A stretch of DNA of 64,000 nucleotides from NCBI GenBank assembly GCA_963674755.2, contig CAXXVS010000002.1, positions 1,664,001 to 1,728,000 of the forward strand. The letters run 5' to 3'. Source of the stretch: Desulfobacterales bacterium (lineage in GTDB: Bacteria; Desulfobacterota; Desulfobacteria; Desulfobacterales; UBA5852). Within the stretch, counting starts at the first letter, position 1; each line of letters begins with the position of its first letter. The translations under genes and the position numbers were made by a program. Below are positions 1-9,490 of the stretch, in pieces. Under the pieces are notes generated by a model that made no database searches, was not told the DNA's origin, and saw nothing but the letters and a program-made list of their open reading frames with translations.

Positions 1-27
1 CTTCCGAGGCCTGGTCCGGGAGACGCC

Positions 28-729
28 GTGCGCCTCGTAACCGTGGCCGGGCCGCCCTCCTGCGGCAAGACGGCGGTCCTCACCCGGGCCTGCGCCGAGC
101 TGCTGCGCCGGAATGTCTCCTGCGCCGTGGTCAAGTTCGACTGCCTGCAAACCCGGGATGACGCCGTCTATGCGGCCGCCGGCATTCCGGCCACGGCCGC
201 CCTTTCCGGCGGCTTGTGCCCGGACCACTTCTTCGCCACCAACCTGGAGGAGGCCTTTGCCTGGGCGCAGGACAGCGGGGCCGAATGCTGCATCGTGGAA
301 ACGGCCGGGCTGTGCAACCGCTGCTCCCCCCACCTGCGCGGGGCCCTGGCCCTGTGCATCATCGACAACCTCATGGGCATCGAAGCGCCGAAGAAGATCG
401 GCCCCATGCTGCGTCTGGCCGACCTGGTGCTGGTGACCAAGGGCGATCTGGTCTCCCAGGCCGAGCGCGAGGTCTACCGCCACCGCATCCGGCAGATGAA
501 TGCCAAGGCCGTCATCCGGCACATCAACGGCCTCACCGGCCAGGGCTGCCGGGATCTGGCCACGATCCTGGCCATGGCCCCGCAAATCGCATCGGTCACG
601 GACATGCGCCTGCGCTTTGCCATGCCGGCCGCGGTCTGCTCCTATTGTCTGAGCGAAACCCGCATCGGCAGCCGCTACCAGAAGGGCAATGTGAAAAAGA
701 CGGCCTTCGGGGGGGACCATGACCGATAG
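28..729 (+). CDS. G3E-family P-loop GTPase (CobW/HypB/UreG-like), Cys-rich
   Basis: Walker A GPPSCGKT, CPDH motif, Walker B ETAG followed by CNRC, G4-like TKGD, C-terminal CSYC; GTG start after GGAG. Confidence 0.85.
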   Translation: MRLVTVAGPPSCGKTAVLTRACAELLRRNVSCAVVKFDCLQTRDDAVYAAAGIPATAALSGGLCPDHFFATNLEEAFAWAQDSGAECCIVETAGLCNRCSPHLRGALALCIIDNLMGIEAPKKIGPMLRLADLVLVTKGDLVSQAEREVYRHRIRQMNAKAVIRHINGLTGQGCRDLATILAMAPQIASVTDMRLRFAMPAAVCSYCLSETRIGSRYQKGNVKKTAFGGDHDR

Positions 730-1489
730 CGCCCTCACCCTGCAGCGCCTGACCGTTACGGCCGGTTGCGACAAGTCCGGCCGGGACGAAACACGGGATG
801 TGGTCTTCACCCCCGGGGAAATCACGGCCCTGCTCGGCCCTACGGGCTCCGGCAAAAGCCGTTTCCTGTACGACATCGAATCCCTGGCCGACCGGGACAC
901 CCCCTCCCGGCGCGGCGTTCTCCTGGACGATGCCCCGCCCGACCCGGAACGGCGCTTCGCCCTCCAGGGCCGGCTGGTGGCCCAGCTTACCCAGAACATG
1001 AACTTCGTCCTGGACATGGGGGTGCACGACTTCATCCGCACCCATGCCGAAAGCCGGGGCGTGAACGATCCCGAGGCCACGGCCGAAAAGGTAATCCGGG
1101 CCGCCAACGACCTGGCCGGCGAACCCTTCCGGGCAGACAGCCAGCTCACCCAGCTCTCGGGGGGGCAATCCCGGGCCCTGATGATCGCGGATGCGGCCCT
1201 GCTGAGCTGGTCCCCGGTGCTGCTCATCGACGAAATCGAAAACGCGGGCGTGGACAAGGGCCGGGCCCTGGACCTTTTGGTCAAAAGCGACAAGATCGTG
1301 GTTATCGCCACCCACGATCCGGTGTTGGCCCTGTCCGCCAATCGACGGCTGGTGTTCGAAAATGGTGCCGTGCGTGATGTGATCATGCGCTCGGCCACCG
1401 AAGAACGTCTTCTGGCCCGCGTGGAGGAAATGGAAGCGGAATACGCGCGCCTTCGCACCTGTCTCAGGCAGGGCGCTCCGCTGGAATGA
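719..1489 (+). CDS. ABC-type ATP-binding protein
   Basis: GPTGSGKS, LSGGQ signature, LLIDE Walker B, ATHD H-loop; overlaps the upstream GTPase. Confidence 0.9.
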   Translation: MTDSALTLQRLTVTAGCDKSGRDETRDVVFTPGEITALLGPTGSGKSRFLYDIESLADRDTPSRRGVLLDDAPPDPERRFALQGRLVAQLTQNMNFVLDMGVHDFIRTHAESRGVNDPEATAEKVIRAANDLAGEPFRADSQLTQLSGGQSRALMIADAALLSWSPVLLIDEIENAGVDKGRALDLLVKSDKIVVIATHDPVLALSANRRLVFENGAVRDVIMRSATEERLLARVEEMEAEYARLRTCLRQGAPLE

Positions 1490-1523
1490 GGCAACCATGC
1501 CGGCAACCGCAAGGAGAAAGCCA

Positions 1524-2333
1524 ATGAAGACCTTTGTATTTCTGCACGATGCGTTTCAGGGCGGTTGGATCTGGCGGGATGCGGCCCGGAGCCTGCGCAG
1601 TCTGGGCTGCGAGGCCTACACCCCCAGCTTCACCGGCTGCGGCGCCCGCCGCCATCTGACCGTTGACGGCTCTCCCCGGGCCACCTACCTGGCCGACATC
1701 GAAAACCTGTTTATCCACGAGAATATTCCCCAGGCCGCGCTGGTCTGCCACGGCTTTGCCGGCATGCTGGCCCCCTTGTTGGCCCGGCGGCTGGGCGCCA
1801 AAGTGCAGGCCATCATCTTTTTGGAGGCCGCCCTCCCGGAGAAGGGCGAAAGCTTCATGGATCTGGCCCAGCCACCCCTGGCCGCGCTGCTGCGCCAGCG
1901 CGAACACAACGGCATGGTTCGCCCGGTTGAACCGTCCCTGTTCCATACCCTGGAGCTGGGCGATTACTTTCAAGACCGGCTCGGCCCCTTTCCCATGCGC
2001 GCTTTTACCGAAACATACGATGGCCCGGAGCCGGTCCGTTGGCCTCCTAGTGTTTACCTCTACTGCGGCGCCAACCAGACCCCCTTCAACACGGCCATGC
2101 TGGCACGGGCCCGCACCCGCGGTCTGGACGCCCACGACTGCGCCCTGGACGCCGTCCCGGTACTGGCCCGCTTCGGCGAGATCGCCCGCCTGCTCGACGC
2201 CATGGTGCCACAGCCGGCCTCTTCGCTACCCTATGAAGGCTGCGGCCGGCCGCGCATGCCGGAGCATATGCGTCTCCTGCATTGTCCCCGCTACCGCCAG
2301 CGCATGGCCCTGGCCCGTTCCCATGGGGATTAG
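1524..2333 (+). CDS. Alpha/beta-hydrolase-fold protein (methylesterase-like) with degenerate catalytic motifs
   Basis: FVFLHDAFQGGWIW and PSFTGCG resemble esterase motifs; nucleophile elbow reads CHGFAG; AAGGAG RBS before ATG 1524. Confidence 0.75.
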   Translation: MKTFVFLHDAFQGGWIWRDAARSLRSLGCEAYTPSFTGCGARRHLTVDGSPRATYLADIENLFIHENIPQAALVCHGFAGMLAPLLARRLGAKVQAIIFLEAALPEKGESFMDLAQPPLAALLRQREHNGMVRPVEPSLFHTLELGDYFQDRLGPFPMRAFTETYDGPEPVRWPPSVYLYCGANQTPFNTAMLARARTRGLDAHDCALDAVPVLARFGEIARLLDAMVPQPASSLPYEGCGRPRMPEHMRLLHCPRYRQRMALARSHGD

Positions 2334-2452
2334 AAGTGATCTCAAATTCAGAAAGCCCCGGATCGATAAAACCTCCCAGGGCCTCCAACAGCGATGGATT
2401 GCATTAGGAATAGATCAGGCGGGAAGTCCTGCCGTGGGGTGAGACGCCCTTC

Positions 2453-3157
2453 TTAGCGCTCAAGAAGAAAACGCCTGTAGATTTGGAACGGCTCGGTTTC
2501 TTGATAGGTTATGGCACTTACCGGGCTATGGTCAAAACTGTAAATCTGAGCATCTTCGCATGCCAGCAAAATGGGCGAATGGGTTGCGATGAAGAACTGG
2601 GCCTGTCCCCCTTTGCTATTTTCTTGAAGCATACCCAGCAACGCAAGCTGACTTTTAGGCGAGAGGGCCGTCTCCGGTTCATCCAGAAAATAGATGCCTT
2701 TCAACCGATAGCGGGACCGAAAATACGACATGACCGATTGGCCATGGGATTGCGTCATCAGAGATTTCCCACCGACATACTGCAATTGATCGGGATCCGA
2801 GGCGGCCCAATTATCGACGATTCTCCTGAAGTCGTTAAATATTTCCGAACCGAAATAGGATCCCGGCACCTTTCCATTGGCCCATTCCAACGAAATGTAT
2901 TGGTAAAGTTGTTTTTCATAGGGGTTAACCTGGTAGCGCACACCTTCACGTTTGCGCCAGATATGGATATCGCTCGCAAGGGCCAATGCCTCCAACAAGG
3001 TGGACTTGCCCGTACCATTCTCCCCCACAAAAAACGTTACCGGAAATTCGAACCGCAGTTGTTTGGTTTGATTGAAAATCGGTAAGGAAAAGGGGTAATG
3101 ACAATCCGTCGGGTATTTCTCATGGTGCAAAGCCACACGGGTGATGTGATTGTTCAT
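2453..3157 (-). CDS. Predicted ABC/AAA-type ATPase (COG3910-like)
   Basis: GENGTGKST, SHGQS signature variant, FLDEPE, IATHSP; visibly lower GC than flanks. Confidence 0.85.
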   Translation of the reverse strand: MNNHITRVALHHEKYPTDCHYPFSLPIFNQTKQLRFEFPVTFFVGENGTGKSTLLEALALASDIHIWRKREGVRYQVNPYEKQLYQYISLEWANGKVPGSYFGSEIFNDFRRIVDNWAASDPDQLQYVGGKSLMTQSHGQSVMSYFRSRYRLKGIYFLDEPETALSPKSQLALLGMLQENSKGGQAQFFIATHSPILLACEDAQIYSFDHSPVSAITYQETEPFQIYRRFLLER

Positions 3158-3212
3158 TAGGTTGACCCAATTTCCTCAAATAAACGTGATTTTAATATCG
3201 ATTTTTTTAGAC

Positions 3213-3275
3213 AGCTAACGTTTTGATAACCGGTCAGCGAATTTATCACCCCGGTCCGGGTCCGGCCTGTTAAGT
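3213..3275. other. Possible degenerate attC-like site
   Basis: AGCTAAC ... GTTAAGT ends with imperfect inner inverted repeat (gataaccgg / ccgggtcc), between two co-oriented small lower-GC genes. Confidence 0.3.
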
Positions 3276-3312
3276 GGCCGGGTATTGCGCGTATGATGCA
3301 TTCTGGTCACAT

Positions 3313-3519
3313 TCATAGGACGCGTACCTTGCTTCCTGGTCGTGATGTCTCATGGAAAACATCATCTAAGAAACCTGGCAAATCCTCAGGTGATACCTCA
3401 GAGGGGATAACGATATCATGCACAGGTTTGCGATAACCATTGCCAAGTTTATAAACTTGCCATCGTCCGTGCTCGCGCTCTACCTGGAGCTGGAATTTTC
3501 CATAGATATCGAACTTCAT
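3313..3519 (-). CDS. Small hypothetical protein (68 aa, MKFDIYGKFQLQVEREHGRWQVY...YL/FLDDxFHE-type)
   Basis: Protein-like sequence from ATG 3519 within ORF 3313..3600. Confidence 0.65.
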   Translation of the reverse strand: MKFDIYGKFQLQVEREHGRWQVYKLGNGYRKPVHDIVIPSEVSPEDLPGFLDDVFHETSRPGSKVRVL

Positions 3520-4337
3520 GCTTTGGCCAGCATCGCAAAGAGAACCCGAATAGCGAGGCGTTTGCCACACTTTATTCGCAATGGCATGTGAGCCTTCCAT
3601 CCCAGCCTATCCAAAAAACCTGAATACCCTTCAATTTGTTTTTTTCCCGCCGACAATGAATCGGCCCTCCCCCCTATCTTGTATCTTTCGTTGCGCAATA
3701 ACGCATCCCCAGGCGGTCATTTGTCCGCCATGGCCGGGGGATGAAAGCGACCGGTCTTGGGGGGCCTTCCCGAGCGTCCGGTCCACCGGATCGTTGCACG
3801 ACGGAAGCAACTCCCCCACCGCAAGGCAGCGGGGAATCAACCTCTTGTCAGCCTCGGGCGGATCCAACCATAGCTTTATGACATTGCGAAATCAAGTGAT
3901 CGCCGTTTCTTGAACGGGCTTGCCCCCCCGCCGCCGTTCTTGCGTAGAGGGATGTGGTGTGAGGTGGTGAAAACGTCTTTGCGGACCCGGAGCGCCGGCA
4001 CGGTTCGAAAGTCGCCCGTCTTTGATAGACACTACGCGATACTTTTTTTCAGGACACATAGGGCTGGCACAAGGGGCATTCCGCCGCGACGGAATAGAAA
4101 CAGTCTATTCCGAAAATCAGCGGAAATGTCGCGAAAAGATTGTGGGAAAATCGACATGGAGCAACCTTGCGGAAACAAAAAGTTTTGAAAAACGACTTTA
4201 AATTGCAAATCGAGAATAAATAAATTTTTAAAAATTGGATATTTTAACAACGTTTTGACTTGTAATTCATAAAACAGACGCTATATTAGTCGGGACGATT
4301 GGTCATTATTTTAACTTTTAATCAAGGAGAACCTCGC

Positions 4338-4673
4338 ATGCCCAAGAAAAAGAAAGTTGATGCCAAAAAACTGATCAAAATGGTCAAAGACGAAACCCCC
4401 CAGCCGGAAATCATGAAAGCGTTTGGTTTCAAAACATCGGTGCAGTTGAAAAACTCTTACATGAACGCCCTCATCGAGCAAGGCTCGGTTGCGCCGATCA
4501 AAAAAGGCCGGGGAGCTGCCAAAAAGACCATCTCCAACGAGGTCAACGTGGGCAAACGCGGCAGCATCATCGTTCCCAAGGGCTTGGTCGAGGAATTGGG
4601 GTTCGTGGAAAACGACACCTTCTTAGTTCGCAAAACCAAAGCGGGGATTTCCTTGAAGCGACTCTACAAATAA
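4338..4673 (+). CDS. AbrB/MazE/SpoVT-like DNA-binding protein
   Basis: C-terminal VNVGKRGSIIVPKGLVEELGF swapped-hairpin motif; AAGGAG RBS; AT-rich upstream region; terminator downstream. Confidence 0.8.
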   Translation: MPKKKKVDAKKLIKMVKDETPQPEIMKAFGFKTSVQLKNSYMNALIEQGSVAPIKKGRGAAKKTISNEVNVGKRGSIIVPKGLVEELGFVENDTFLVRKTKAGISLKRLYK

Positions 4674-4700
4674 TTTTCTTTGCACCTGTTATTGCTGACG

Positions 4701-4734
4701 AATAAAGGCGGACCGGAAACGGCCCGCCTTTATT
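4701..4734. terminator. Bidirectional intrinsic terminator
   Basis: AATAAAGGCGG...CCGCCTTTATT hairpin between convergent genes. Confidence 0.85.
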
Positions 4735-4746
4735 ATTTCGACCGAT

Positions 4747-7059
4747 TTAATTTATCGTGAAATCGAATCGGCACTTATCGGATAATTCTGATTCAGTTGA
4801 AATAGATCCGTAACTTTTTGCGACATCAGAAAAACCATCTCCATCTAAAACCGACTTTATCACCCGCGCGAGTTCTTCAAGCATCAGCGGCTTTTTCAGG
4901 TATTGGCTGGCGCCGAGTTCGATCGCTTTCTTAACCTGCTTTGTTTCGGCGAAACCGCTCACGATGATCGCTTTTTGATCCGGCCGGATCTTTTTTACCC
5001 GTTCGTAGGTCTCCTGCCCGTCCATTCCGGGATCCATGATCATATCGAGAATGAGAAGGTCCACCTGGTGGCCCTTGACATAGTCGACGGCGGCCTCCCC
5101 GCTGGAAACGGCCCCGGCCTGATAGCCCAATTGTTCCAGCATCTGACAGGTGATCACTCTCTGGCTGGCCACATCGTCCACCACCAGGATGGTCTGCCCA
5201 TGGCCGTAAAAATGGGTCAGGTCGATGCGGGCCTTTTCGTCGGCGATCTTTTCGCGTGTTATGGGAAAGTAAATATCAAAACGTGTACCGTGCCTGCCGG
5301 TCGTCACATCGATATAGCCCCCATGGTCCTGGACCACGTTCCACACCAGCGCCAGACCCAGGCCGGTACCGCTCCGGCCCATGACCTTTTTGGTGTAGAA
5401 GGGCTCGAAAATCCGTTTGAGGTCATCATCGGATATCCCCGGGCCGTCGTCGAAAACCGACAGAACGGCATACTCGCCGATTTCAACATCATGATAGCCC
5501 CGCAGCGGTCGATCGAGATAGCGGTTGGCGGTTGCAACCGATAGTCGGCCACTGCCCTCGATGGCTTCGGCGGCGTTGGAAATGAGGTTCATGATCACCT
5601 TGCCCATGTGGATGGCCGACCCTTTGATGGGCAGCAACCGGGGATCCAGATCCACGGCCACGGACACCGCGGAATGGAACTTCAGCAGTTTGCCATGCTC
5701 GGGAGACTTCAGATAGCTTTTGACCGCTTCGTTCACGTCCAGCGGCCGTTTTTGCACGGCCACGCCCCGCGCCACGGTCAGCAGGTCCTGTACGATGGCG
5801 GCCGCCCGTTTGCCGGATTCCTGCATGGTGCGAATCGGTTCTCGCAGAGGACTGACCTTGGGCAGTTTCAGAAGAATCAAATCCGGGTAGCTGACAATGC
5901 CGCAGAGAACATTGTTCAGATCGTGGGCCACACCGCCGGCCAGAAGTCCGAGCGACTCCATTTTACGGAGCCGGGCAATTTTTTCTTCCTTTTCCTTCAG
6001 GGTAATTTCTTCGCGGATGCGCTCCGTGACATCCCGCAAAACAGCCAGTACCGCCGGACGTCTGCGGTAGTGGATGGTGTTGGCCCTGATTTCGGCGATG
6101 ATTTCCTCACCCTCGGCCCGCTGGATACGAACCGTCAGCAAACCGGGCGGATCCGTCTGATCTGCCGACCGATTGTCGTATTGCGATACGGCCTTGCGAT
6201 CTTCGGGTACGACCATTTCAAGAAAGGTTTCAAAGGCCATATCGGCTGCCGGCTGCCCGATCAGGGTGCTGGCGGCCGGGTTGGCAAAGACGGTCCGGCC
6301 GTCTTGAACCACGACGATGGCATCATTGGCGAATTCCGAGATCATGCGGTATTTGTCTTCCGACTCGGTTTCGAAAAATCGACTAAAAACGATCCAGAGG
6401 GCGATCATGGAAAACCCAAGGAAACCGTACTCCATGAAATATTGATAGGCCGGCATGCCCAGCGCGGCGAAACCGTCATGAATGCCGAGCACCGTCCAAA
6501 GAATGATACCGGCCATATAGAGGGGTTTGGAGGTCCGATAGGGATCTTTGTGGCGCGCCCATATCACAAGCAAAACCAGACCCGCCAGGGACGCATACAG
6601 CACAAAAAGAAATCCCAGCGGACCCAGGTCCGCTTCGATAAAGGGCTGTGCCATTCCACTGAAATGACGGCCGACAAATCGATCGGCTACCAGAAGGTCG
6701 GAAAACCACAGCAGCATGACGACCATCGTATGGAAAAGGCCCGCGATGCGGTGGTAGCGGCCTGCGGCGATATCAAAATAAGTGAAGCTAAACCCGTACA
6801 ACGAATGGATTAAAAAAATGACCGCCGTCCATTCCAGCAGACCGGCCGATCGATTGAGAACCCCGGGAGGGGTGTTGTATTCCAGGAAAACACCGATGGC
6901 GAACAGCATGGCAGAGAAAGATATGGCCATGCTCCAGGCGTAAAGCGTGAATCGGGGTTTGCGAAAGAGGGCAATGCCCTGCAGGATGACCATCATAAGG
7001 GCCACGACACCGACCGACAAAGACCCTGCCGACTGCAACACGATGTTTCCGAATGGCAT
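4747..7059 (-). CDS. Hybrid sensor histidine kinase (N-terminal 7TM, PAS, HisKA, HATPase, REC)
   Basis: Seven hydrophobic segments, AHDLNN H-box, NLISNA N-box, GTGLGL G2, C-terminal receiver ILDMIM; start 7059 or 7092. Confidence 0.92.
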   Translation of the reverse strand: MPFGNIVLQSAGSLSVGVVALMMVILQGIALFRKPRFTLYAWSMAISFSAMLFAIGVFLEYNTPPGVLNRSAGLLEWTAVIFLIHSLYGFSFTYFDIAAGRYHRIAGLFHTMVVMLLWFSDLLVADRFVGRHFSGMAQPFIEADLGPLGFLFVLYASLAGLVLLVIWARHKDPYRTSKPLYMAGIILWTVLGIHDGFAALGMPAYQYFMEYGFLGFSMIALWIVFSRFFETESEDKYRMISEFANDAIVVVQDGRTVFANPAASTLIGQPAADMAFETFLEMVVPEDRKAVSQYDNRSADQTDPPGLLTVRIQRAEGEEIIAEIRANTIHYRRRPAVLAVLRDVTERIREEITLKEKEEKIARLRKMESLGLLAGGVAHDLNNVLCGIVSYPDLILLKLPKVSPLREPIRTMQESGKRAAAIVQDLLTVARGVAVQKRPLDVNEAVKSYLKSPEHGKLLKFHSAVSVAVDLDPRLLPIKGSAIHMGKVIMNLISNAAEAIEGSGRLSVATANRYLDRPLRGYHDVEIGEYAVLSVFDDGPGISDDDLKRIFEPFYTKKVMGRSGTGLGLALVWNVVQDHGGYIDVTTGRHGTRFDIYFPITREKIADEKARIDLTHFYGHGQTILVVDDVASQRVITCQMLEQLGYQAGAVSSGEAAVDYVKGHQVDLLILDMIMDPGMDGQETYERVKKIRPDQKAIIVSGFAETKQVKKAIELGASQYLKKPLMLEELARVIKSVLDGDGFSDVAKSYGSISTESELSDKCRFDFTIN

Positions 7060-7388
7060 TTCCGTATTCCTTACCAGGGGTCCGCACCCCATTCGAGCGT
7101 GCTATAAGCGGGTCCCCTTCTACAGGGACGCGCTGTTCGAATTCTTTGCGATGGCCGGCGTCGTGGAAAAATCCTCGATCCGTATCGATAACGCAAAAGA
7201 CGGGATCGGATCTGGCCCCGCCTTTCTCTTTTGGGCCATCTTCGGCGTTATTGATCCCGATAGTCGCTTTTTTAGAGCATTGGGGAATTAGAGCCGCCAA
7301 AAATTCAGTTATCGGACGGTTTTGAAAAAACTTGAAAGGGTGCAAATCGGAAGGAGGGGCGCCGGCCACTCTTTTATTCATGGGCCGA

Positions 7389-7748
7389 TCATTCACTCAG
7401 CCATGCCAACGCCTTTTCGATCTCGCGGCGGTCAAAATACCGGGCCTGGATTCCGCCGAAGAGCCCGAATAGCGCAATCCAGGTATCCTCCCAGGTATGC
7501 CTGCCGATCACCGCCATTCTGACCAGTTTATCGCTGGCGATCTTGGCAAACCGCATGTTGTCGTAAAGATCTTCGGCGCTGATCATCCCCGGCGCGGCAT
7601 CGTAGGCCACCAGCAGCCGGACCGGGCCGTGTTGTGCAAAGCGCTCCTCGATCTGGTGGACGAGCGCCTTGGTTTCGGACCGGCTCACGTCCCCTGTGAT
7701 GTGCAGCCCCATAAAGGGACCCTCTGAAGGCGGTATGCGTTTGTACAT
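7389..7748 (-). CDS. STAS/SEC14 (SpoIIAA-like) domain protein
   Basis: GPVRLLV...RMAVIG...RYFD...ALAWL pattern; RBS AAGGAAGGGA. Confidence 0.8.
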   Translation of the reverse strand: MYKRIPPSEGPFMGLHITGDVSRSETKALVHQIEERFAQHGPVRLLVAYDAAPGMISAEDLYDNMRFAKIASDKLVRMAVIGRHTWEDTWIALFGLFGGIQARYFDRREIEKALAWLSE

Positions 7749-7841
7749 GAGCTTCCCTTCCTTATTAGATGGATTACATCCAAAAGGTTTGGCTGGTGTC
7801 CTCGCGTTGCCAAGAAGGAGGCGCGGAGGGTCCAGGAATCG

Positions 7842-9212
7842 TCAGAGCGGCAGCTGGATGCCGAAACGCTTCATCCGGTTCCAGACCGTCACGCGGGTCA
7901 CGCCTAAAATCTTGGCGGCGGCCGTCCGGTTGCCCCCGGTTTGCTGCAACGCGGTGATCAACTGCCGGCGTTGGGTTTCCTCCCGGCTTAGCCCCGGCTC
8001 CCGGCGTGGGGCGGCCAGCACGCCCTGCCCCACGATATGGGGAGGAAAATGGTAGTATTCCAGGCGATTGTCATGACAGGTCACACAGGCGTACTCGAAA
8101 GCGCTTTTCAGTTCGCGCACATTGCCGGGCCAGGGGTAGTTCATCAGGAGGGCCATGGCCTCGGGGCTGACCGCCGGGAGGGTTTGGCCGGTCTTCAAAC
8201 TGATCCCTTTAAGGAAAGCCTCGGCCAGCAGGGGGATGTCCTCGGTTCGCTCTCTCAGGGGCGGCACACAGATCGGGATGACGTTGATGCGGTAGAACAG
8301 GTCTTTGCGAAACACGCCTTCAGCCACCAGCGCGTCGAGATTCCGGTTGGTCGCGGAAATAATCCGCACGTTGATGGGGATCGGTGTATTGGCCCCAACC
8401 CGTTCGACCACCTTCTCTTCCAGCACACGCAGCAGTTTGACCTGAATATGGGGGGGCAGATCCCCAATCTCATCCAGGAAAATCTCCCCGCGCTGGGCCG
8501 CCTCGAACCGCCCTTCCCGATCCCGGAACGCACCGGTGAACGCGCCTTTGACGTGACCGAAAAGTTCGCTTTCCAATAGCGATTCGTTTAAAGCGGCACA
8601 ATTGACCTTGACGAAAGGCTTGTCCCGGCGGATGCCGACATCGTGGATGGCGCGCGCCACCATCTCCTTGCCGGTGCCGCTCTCTCCCAGGATAATGACC
8701 GGTGCGTCCGACCGGGCGGCGTTGCGGACCAGCTCGAACACGCGGCAGATGGCGGCCGAGGCTCCCAGGATACCGCTGAAGCCGTCTTCCAGATGATACT
8801 CTTGCCGGAAAGCCTCTAACTGATCTTCCCGGCGCACCAGTTCGGTCACGTCGGTGAGGGTCTCCACGGCACCGACCACCTTGCGCGTGGCCCCCTCCAG
8901 AAGCGATGCGTTCTTGATGACGTGCACCGGACGGCCGTCCTTGCGTTTCAGGGTACAGCGGTTGGCGTTGATGCGGCCCGTGCGAAACAGATTGCACCAG
9001 CTGCGCGCCCCGGTGTCCTGTGCCGCTTCACAGATATCGCAGCGCAGCAGCCGGCAACTCCGGCCGACGGCTTCCTCACGGCTGTATCCGGTAATCGTTT
9101 CAAAGGCGCGGTTGACCGAAACGATCCGCCCCCTTTTGTCGACGATCATGACCCCGTCACGGATGGTGTTGACGACGGTTTTCCAATGGAAATTCAGATC
9201 TTCTTCGCGCAT
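7842..9212 (-). CDS. Sigma54-dependent enhancer-binding protein (PAS-AAA+-Fis HTH)
   Basis: GESGTGKE, GAFTGA, FLDEIG, WPGNVREL, C-terminal HTH; Cys-rich PAS; start 9212 or 9236. Confidence 0.95.
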   Translation of the reverse strand: MREEDLNFHWKTVVNTIRDGVMIVDKRGRIVSVNRAFETITGYSREEAVGRSCRLLRCDICEAAQDTGARSWCNLFRTGRINANRCTLKRKDGRPVHVIKNASLLEGATRKVVGAVETLTDVTELVRREDQLEAFRQEYHLEDGFSGILGASAAICRVFELVRNAARSDAPVIILGESGTGKEMVARAIHDVGIRRDKPFVKVNCAALNESLLESELFGHVKGAFTGAFRDREGRFEAAQRGEIFLDEIGDLPPHIQVKLLRVLEEKVVERVGANTPIPINVRIISATNRNLDALVAEGVFRKDLFYRINVIPICVPPLRERTEDIPLLAEAFLKGISLKTGQTLPAVSPEAMALLMNYPWPGNVRELKSAFEYACVTCHDNRLEYYHFPPHIVGQGVLAAPRREPGLSREETQRRQLITALQQTGGNRTAAAKILGVTRVTVWNRMKRFGIQLPL

Positions 9213-9220
9213 GCCGGCCC

Positions 9221-9255
9221 TGTTAAAATTGAACATGTGTTAAAAAAAATTTAAC
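9221..9255. promoter_or_regulatory. Candidate enhancer (UAS) sites for the sigma54 activator
   Basis: Two palindromes, TGTTAAAATTGAACA and GTTAAAAAAAATTTAAC, about 120-155 bp upstream of the sigma54 promoter. Confidence 0.5.
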
Positions 9256-9376
9256 GTCTTTTACACCCGCCTAAAGGTCTTGGCAACCACCCCGAGAATG
9301 TTTCCCAAATAGCAAACCCCTTCGGCATCACGGCATCGACCGGTTTAAACGCCCCCTATCGAGACCGCGGCCCATC

Positions 9377-9391
9377 TGGCACCATAATTGC
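9377..9391 (+). promoter_or_regulatory. Sigma54 (-24/-12) promoter
   Basis: TGGCAC-CATAA-TTGC, exact consensus, upstream of the oxidoreductase and divergent from an EBP gene. Confidence 0.9.
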
Positions 9392-9490
9392 CATGATACT
9401 TGCCCAGGAAGGATTATGGCCTGTCCTTATTCCACGGCAACTTATCCGGTTTCGCGATGGGAACCGGCCCATAAACGGAGGGAAATTCAA

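Noticed and set aside
3581..4250. Several short ORFs upstream of the AbrB-like gene
   Set aside because: Overlapping, motif-free and without RBS; treated as intergenic
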